Source of the DNA: Myxococcota bacterium
GTDB taxonomy: Bacteria; Myxococcota_A; UBA9042; PHBI01; JAWLBL01
NCBI GenBank assembly: GCA_041687695.1
Contig: JAWLBL010000004.1
Location: 64,001 to 128,000, forward strand
Direction: 5' to 3'
DNA length: 64,000 nt
Position numbers and translations under genes: made by a program. Below are positions 59,171 to 64,000 of the stretch, piece by piece (position 1 is the stretch's first letter; each line of letters begins with the position of its first letter). The notes below the pieces were generated by a model. It searched no databases. It had not been told where the DNA came from and saw nothing but the letters and a program-made list of their open reading frames with translations.

Positions 59171-59187
59171 CGTGGAGTCCTGACGGG

Positions 59188-59218
59188 GCGGGGCTGACCC
59201 AGCGGGGATCAGCCCCGC
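59188..59218. terminator. Hairpin between convergent der and transporter genes
   Basis: GCGGGGCTGA/TCAGCCCCGC 10-bp inverted repeat. Confidence 0.5.
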
Positions 59219-60798
59219 GTCAGCAGGAAGATCATCGTCACGACGATGGCGGCCGGCGCGACGAAGCGGAGCGAGACGCCGACGACCGCGAGCAGGGCCT
59301 TGCGGTCGCGGCCCAGCTCTTCCGCCAGCACGCGCTGGCCCAGGCCGTAGCCGACGAACACGGCGACTAGCAGGCCGCCCAGCGGCAGGGCCCAGTTCGA
59401 GACCATGTGGTCGAGCAGATCGAAGATGCCGCGCTCGCCGAAGGTGACGTCGCTGAGGACGCTGAACGACAGGGCGCTGAGCACGCCGAAGGCGAAGATG
59501 CCGCCGCCGGCGAGCAGCACCGCGCCCGGGCGCTTCATCCCGCGCTGGTCGATGAGGTGGCTGACGACGACCTCGAGCAGCGACACGGTGGAGGTCAGCG
59601 CGGCGAAGGCCACCAGGACGTAGAAGACGACCAGCAGGATGTTGTCGAGGGGCAGCGTGTCGCCCAGCGGCAGGCGCTGGGCCATGCCGTCGAAGATGGC
59701 GGGGATGGCGACGAAGAGGTTGCCGGCGCCCGAGCCCTCCATGACCAGATCCAGGCTGAAGATGGCGCCGATCATCACGAAGGCGGCGGTGGCGGCGACC
59801 AGGGTGTCGGCCACGGAGACCGCCAGGGCGGCCTTGGGCAGGTCGACGTCCTTGGGCAGGTAGCTGCCGTAGACCAGCATGGCGCCCATGCCGAGCGACA
59901 GCGTGAAGAAGCCGTGTCCGATGGCTTCGAGCACGGCCTCGCCGGTCAGGGTCGAAAAGTCCGGCTTGAACAGGAAGGCGAGGGTGTCGCCGGCGCCACC
60001 CAGCTGGGCGACCTCGACGGCCAGCGCGACCAGCATGACCAGCAGCGCCGGCATCAGGATCTTGGCCGCCCGCTCGATGCCGCCCGACACGCCGCCGGCG
60101 ACGATGCCCATGGTCAGCAGCAGGAAGAACATCAGGAAGCCGACCTGCTTGGTCGGGTTCGAGACGAACTCGCCGAAGAGCTGCCCCGGCAGGATGCGGG
60201 CGCGCCAGGCGTCGACCGCGGCGGCGTCGCCGACGGCGGACAAGGGCAGGGCGGCGGCCGCGGCCTGGTCGAGGCCCTGCTGCTGCGCGAAGGCCTGGAT
60301 GACGGCGGCGTCGCTGACCTGCGACAGGTCGTCGAACTGGCCGGTCGCCGCCTTGCCGACGTACTCGACCGTCCAGCCGGCCACGACCCCGTAGTAGCTG
60401 AGGAGCACGAAGCCGGTGACGACGAAGAGCAGCCCGGCCAGCCACCATGGCGTGCGCGGCTTGAGGGCGTGGAAGGCCGCCACGGGCGAGCGCTGGGTGC
60501 GGCGGCCGACGAGCAGCTCGGCCATCATCACGGGCAAGCCGATGAGGGCGATGGCGCCGAGGTAGACCAGGATGAAGGCCCCGGCGCCGGCCCGGCCGGT
60601 GGCGCCTCCGCCGTACTCGTAGGCGATGTAGGGGAACTTCCAGAGGTTCCCCAGGCCCACGGCGCTGCCGGCGGCCGCCAGGACGAAGCCCAGGCGGCTG
60701 TTCCAGTGGCCGCGGCCGTTTTGGGTGTCGCCGCTGTCGGCCGAAGTCGCGTCGTCGGCGTTCACGCGCCCCTCCGGGGCCGGTCCCTGGGTGCTCAT
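59209..60798 (-). CDS. Sodium-dependent transporter, NSS/SNF family
   Basis: WNSRLGFVLAAAGSAVGLGNLWKFPY, FFTLSLGMG..YGSY, AALTS.VSLLE. Confidence 0.95.
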   Translation of the reverse strand: MSTQGPAPEGRVNADDATSADSGDTQNGRGHWNSRLGFVLAAAGSAVGLGNLWKFPYIAYEYGGGATGRAGAGAFILVYLGAIALIGLPVMMAELLVGRRTQRSPVAAFHALKPRTPWWLAGLLFVVTGFVLLSYYGVVAGWTVEYVGKAATGQFDDLSQVSDAAVIQAFAQQQGLDQAAAAALPLSAVGDAAAVDAWRARILPGQLFGEFVSNPTKQVGFLMFFLLLTMGIVAGGVSGGIERAAKILMPALLVMLVALAVEVAQLGGAGDTLAFLFKPDFSTLTGEAVLEAIGHGFFTLSLGMGAMLVYGSYLPKDVDLPKAALAVSVADTLVAATAAFVMIGAIFSLDLVMEGSGAGNLFVAIPAIFDGMAQRLPLGDTLPLDNILLVVFYVLVAFAALTSTVSLLEVVVSHLIDQRGMKRPGAVLLAGGGIFAFGVLSALSFSVLSDVTFGERGIFDLLDHMVSNWALPLGGLLVAVFVGYGLGQRVLAEELGRDRKALLAVVGVSLRFVAPAAIVVTMIFLLTRG

Positions 60799-60817
60799 CC
60801 GTCGTCCCGTCGTGGTC

Positions 60818-61375
60818 TCAGTAGCTGAAGACGCTGTAGGTCAGCGTGATGTCGAACGGGCCCGTCGTGTCGTCGAGATCCGTCAGCAGGGCGAAGTAGC
60901 GCCCGACCAGTCCGACGCTCCAGTCGCGCGAGGGGCGGTAGTCGAAGCCGAGCCCGGCGTGCACGCTGAGGTCCAGGGCCGGACCGTCGCCGCCCGCGTA
61001 CGCGTCGGGGCCCGAGGTCCGCAGCAGCCCGCCGACGCCGGCGGCCAGGAAGGGCACCCACTCGAGCGCGTCGAGGATGTAGCGCGCTTCGCCGAAGGCC
61101 TGGGCGACGCCCTCGAGGTCGGGATCGCCGCCGAAGGCCACGCCGCCCCGCGCCGCGGCGCCGAGCTGCCAGAAGTCGGTCAGGGCGTAGCGCCAGCCCA
61201 CGTGCAGCAGGGGCGCCTGGCGGGTCAGATCCTCGTCGGCGACGTCGGTCACCCACGCCAGGCCCGCCAGGCCGAAGGACCAGGTGGTCTCTCCCTCTTC
61301 GGCGTGGGCGCGGGGCAGGGGGGAGGCGACGAGCATCGCGGCGACCAACGTCGCGCGCGCACCGCGGCGGGGCAT
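60818..61375 (-). CDS. Small outer-membrane beta-barrel protein
   Basis: Signal peptide (..AHA), alternating beta-strands, WVPFLAAGVG, aromatic C-terminus (SVFSY). Confidence 0.75.
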   Translation of the reverse strand: MPRRGARATLVAAMLVASPLPRAHAEEGETTWSFGLAGLAWVTDVADEDLTRQAPLLHVGWRYALTDFWQLGAAARGGVAFGGDPDLEGVAQAFGEARYILDALEWVPFLAAGVGGLLRTSGPDAYAGGDGPALDLSVHAGLGFDYRPSRDWSVGLVGRYFALLTDLDDTTGPFDITLTYSVFSY

Positions 61376-61531
61376 GGGTCCTCCAGCTGAGGGGTTTGGG
61401 GGAGCGGGTCGCTTATAGGAATGCCCGCCGGGTATGTCAACGCGGCCCCCGGTTGACAAGGGCGAGGGCGTTGGCTTAAGTGGCGCCCCTTGCGCAGCGG
61501 CCCCCACTCCAGGGGGCCTTCGGAGGCGAGT

Positions 61532-62329
61532 GTGGCGAAGAAGATGAAGCGCATGTCGAAGGAGGAGCTGCGGGCCCCCGACCAGGTCGAGGTGGCGCTG
61601 CGGACCACCTGGGAGCGGCTGTCGGACCACCGCAACAAGCTGCTCGGCGCGCTGGCCGTGGTCATCGTCGCCGGCGTCGGGCTGTCGGTCTGGCAGAGCT
61701 CCAAGCGCGCGGACACCCAGGCGCGCGCCGAGGCGCTGCGCAAGGCCATGGCCCCGCTCAACGCGCCCATCGGCCCGCCCGACCCGGCCGTCGATCCGGC
61801 GACCACCGTGCCGCTCGAGCGCTTCGACACCCGCGAGGCCGCGCTCGCCGCCGCCGAGGAGCGCCTGAGCGCCTTCCTGCAGGCCCACGGCGATGCCCCG
61901 GACGCGCTGCCCGCCCGGTTCGCCCGCGCCAGCGCCCTGCTCGGCCAGAAGAAGGCCGCCGAGGCCGCCAAGGAGCTCGAGGCCGTCGTCGCCGAGGCCG
62001 GCGACTCGGCCCTGCGCGCCCCGGCGCTCGAGAAGCTCGCGCAGGCCTACGTGCTCTCCGGCGATCGCGCCAAGGCCGTCGAGACCTACACCAAGCTGGT
62101 CGACGGCTCGAAGGGCACCCTGCGCGCGCTGGCCCTCATCGCGCTGGGCGACCTCCACCACCCGCTGGTCGTGCAGGGCGGCGACGTGGCGCAGGCCCGC
62201 AAGTACTACGACGAGGCGAAGACCGTGCTCGGCCCCAAGCCGGCCACCGACCCGAACGACATCTTCGCCCAGTTCAGCGAGCCGGCCATCTACGCCGAGC
62301 TCGACCGCAAGCTGTCGACCCTGCCCTGA
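61532..62329 (+). CDS. YfgM-like membrane-anchored TPR protein
   Basis: KEELRAPDQ N-terminus, single TM helix, TPR-like helices; lies directly upstream of a BamB-like gene. Confidence 0.8.
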   Translation: MAKKMKRMSKEELRAPDQVEVALRTTWERLSDHRNKLLGALAVVIVAGVGLSVWQSSKRADTQARAEALRKAMAPLNAPIGPPDPAVDPATTVPLERFDTREAALAAAEERLSAFLQAHGDAPDALPARFARASALLGQKKAAEAAKELEAVVAEAGDSALRAPALEKLAQAYVLSGDRAKAVETYTKLVDGSKGTLRALALIALGDLHHPLVVQGGDVAQARKYYDEAKTVLGPKPATDPNDIFAQFSEPAIYAELDRKLSTLP

Positions 62330-62418
62330 CGGTCGCGTCGCCGCGGGGGCAGAGCATTGACTCCGCCCCGCGGCTCGTTTGGGATGGGCGCTGACCCGGA
62401 CACGGAGCCCTGCCCCCC

Positions 62419-63558
62419 ATGAAGCCGCCCCTGCCGCTCGCCCTGTGCAGCGCCCTCGCGGGTGCGCTCGGCCTCTTCGCCTGTGGCATCGTCCAGCCCA
62501 TCGGCGAGTGGCCGACGCCGCGGATCGCGACCGACTGGGGGCACCGGTTGTACGCGCTCGAGGCCTTCGCCTATGGGCCGCGCGAACGCGGCGTGCCGCT
62601 GTACGTCGAGGGACCCGCCGCCCCGACCGGCGGGATGGTCGTGGTGCCGTCCCGCGAGCGGCACGTGCGCGCGCTGGACGCCCACGGCGCGCTGCTGTGG
62701 CGCGCCGAGACCCAGGGTCCCAACGTGGCGCAGCCGGTGGTCCTGGGCGAGGACGTCCTGGTGGCCTCGATGAGCGGCCGGGTCCACCGCCTGCAGCAGC
62801 GCAACGGGCGCGCGGTCTGGGTCAGCGACGCGCCGGCCGCGTCGATCCTCTCCGAGCCGCTGGTCCTGGGCGAGCGCCTCTTCGTCACCAGCATCGACAA
62901 CCGCATCACCGCCCTGTCGGCCGAGACCGGCGCCCGCCTGTGGGACCAGCGGCGGCCGCACCCGGGCGAGTTCAGCGTGACCGGGCAGGCCGGCGTGACC
63001 GCGCTGAACGCCGACACCGTCGTCACGGGCTTCTCCGACGGGCGGCTGGTCGCCTACGCGGCCGCCGACGGCGCGACGGTCTGGATGGCCGATCTGGGCG
63101 GCGACGAGACCGAGTTCGTGGACGTGGACACGACCCCCATCCTGGCGGGGGACGTGCTGATCGCGGGCAACTACGCGACGGGCCTGTACGGGCTGGACCC
63201 GGCGACCGGCGACGTGAAGTGGCGGGTCGAGGGGCGCGCGTTCCTGACGCCGACCCTCTTCGAGGGCACGCTGTACGCGCCGCAGGCCACGGGCCGGGTC
63301 CTGGCCATAGACGCGGCCACCGGCGCGGTGCAGTGGACGCTGCGGGTCGAGCACGGGGCCCCTTCGACCCCCGCGGTCACGCGGCGCTACGTGCTGGTGC
63401 CCATCGACACCAGCCTGCTGCTGCTCGAGCGCGGCACCGGCCGCACCCTGACGCGCTTCACGGACACCCACGGGTTCTCGGCGACGCCCGAGCTGGCGCC
63501 GGGCACCGTGTACGCCCAGAGCAACAGCGGCATGCTGTACGCGCTGGGCCTGTACTGA
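62419..63558 (+). CDS. PQQ-type beta-propeller lipoprotein, BamB-like
   Basis: Lipobox LFAC; repeated A(L/I)D..TG...W blades. Confidence 0.85.
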   Translation: MKPPLPLALCSALAGALGLFACGIVQPIGEWPTPRIATDWGHRLYALEAFAYGPRERGVPLYVEGPAAPTGGMVVVPSRERHVRALDAHGALLWRAETQGPNVAQPVVLGEDVLVASMSGRVHRLQQRNGRAVWVSDAPAASILSEPLVLGERLFVTSIDNRITALSAETGARLWDQRRPHPGEFSVTGQAGVTALNADTVVTGFSDGRLVAYAAADGATVWMADLGGDETEFVDVDTTPILAGDVLIAGNYATGLYGLDPATGDVKWRVEGRAFLTPTLFEGTLYAPQATGRVLAIDAATGAVQWTLRVEHGAPSTPAVTRRYVLVPIDTSLLLLERGTGRTLTRFTDTHGFSATPELAPGTVYAQSNSGMLYALGLY

Positions 63559-63699
63559 CGCGCCCGAAGGCCTGGACCGGCACGGCCCCGACGCGCTCGC
63601 CCATGGCGGCGAGCGTGACGAAGGCCCCAACCAATAGTGGCTTTGGGCGCGCGCTCCGGCTTTACTACCCGCCTTCCCACGCGAGCTGGAGAGGTCGGG

Positions 63700-64000
63700 A
63701 TGCGGGTCGAGGGCGTGACGAGGGCGGCGTTGGCCGCGTGCATGGTGCTGGGGCTGGGGGCCGCTTGCGGCGGTGACGAGGGCGGCGGGACGCCGGCCGG
63801 CGACACGGCGACCGGGGGCGACACCGGCAAGGACGGGACCCAGACGGGATCCGACGCGACGGCCGACGCGGGGCCCGACGCGGCGCCGGTCGTGCCGCTG
63901 TGCACGTCGGAAGACGACTGCGCCGAGCAGTCGGGGACGATCTGCTCGTGCAACGGCACCTGCGTGGTGCCCGAGGGCAACGCCTGCGCGACCAACAAGA
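63700..64000 (+). CDS. Cys-rich lipoprotein, 5' part only (runs off the window edge)
   Basis: Manual translation MRVEGVTRAALAACMVLGLGAACGGDEGG..CTSEDDC..CSCNGTC; GGAGAGG RBS. Confidence 0.75.
   Translation, partial: MRVEGVTRAALAACMVLGLGAACGGDEGGGTPAGDTATGGDTGKDGTQTGSDATADAGPDAAPVVPLCTSEDDCAEQSGTICSCNGTCVVPEGNACATNK

Overview
Very GC-rich (roughly 70-75% by eye) bacterial DNA whose gene content points to Myxococcota or related deltaproteobacteria: eukaryote-like Ser/Thr kinases, Cys-rich lipoproteins, a sigma54 promoter and a coiled-coil OmpA/MotB protein. The window is densely coding with about 41 CDS. No rRNA, tRNA, CRISPR-cas or transposase was recognised. Housekeeping genes include era, der, ltaE, a UvrD/Rep helicase, an L,D-transpeptidase and YfgM/BamB-like genes. 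The strongest candidate for an undescribed system lies at 53.5-56.4 kb: a solitary HNH-endonuclease gene enclosed by two unrelated, highly structured tandem arrays. One has nine 42-bp units with a palindromic core and starts 4 bp after the stop codon. The other is an upstream non-coding array of 18 copies of a 12-nt core with four re-used linker types. Other notable items: two adjacent ~2,200-aa STK-AAA-GAF-PAS-HK-REC paralogues, the second with degenerate catalytic motifs but intact phosphoacceptors; a lipoprotein with a BPI/LBP-like lipid-binding region; a secreted ClpP-like pseudo-protease; a Der GTPase with a ~100-aa acidic insertion; a porin/PHP-hydrolase/OPA-transporter operon; and a lower-GC FGE-domain island. 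All family assignments come from motif recognition by eye, without database searches.
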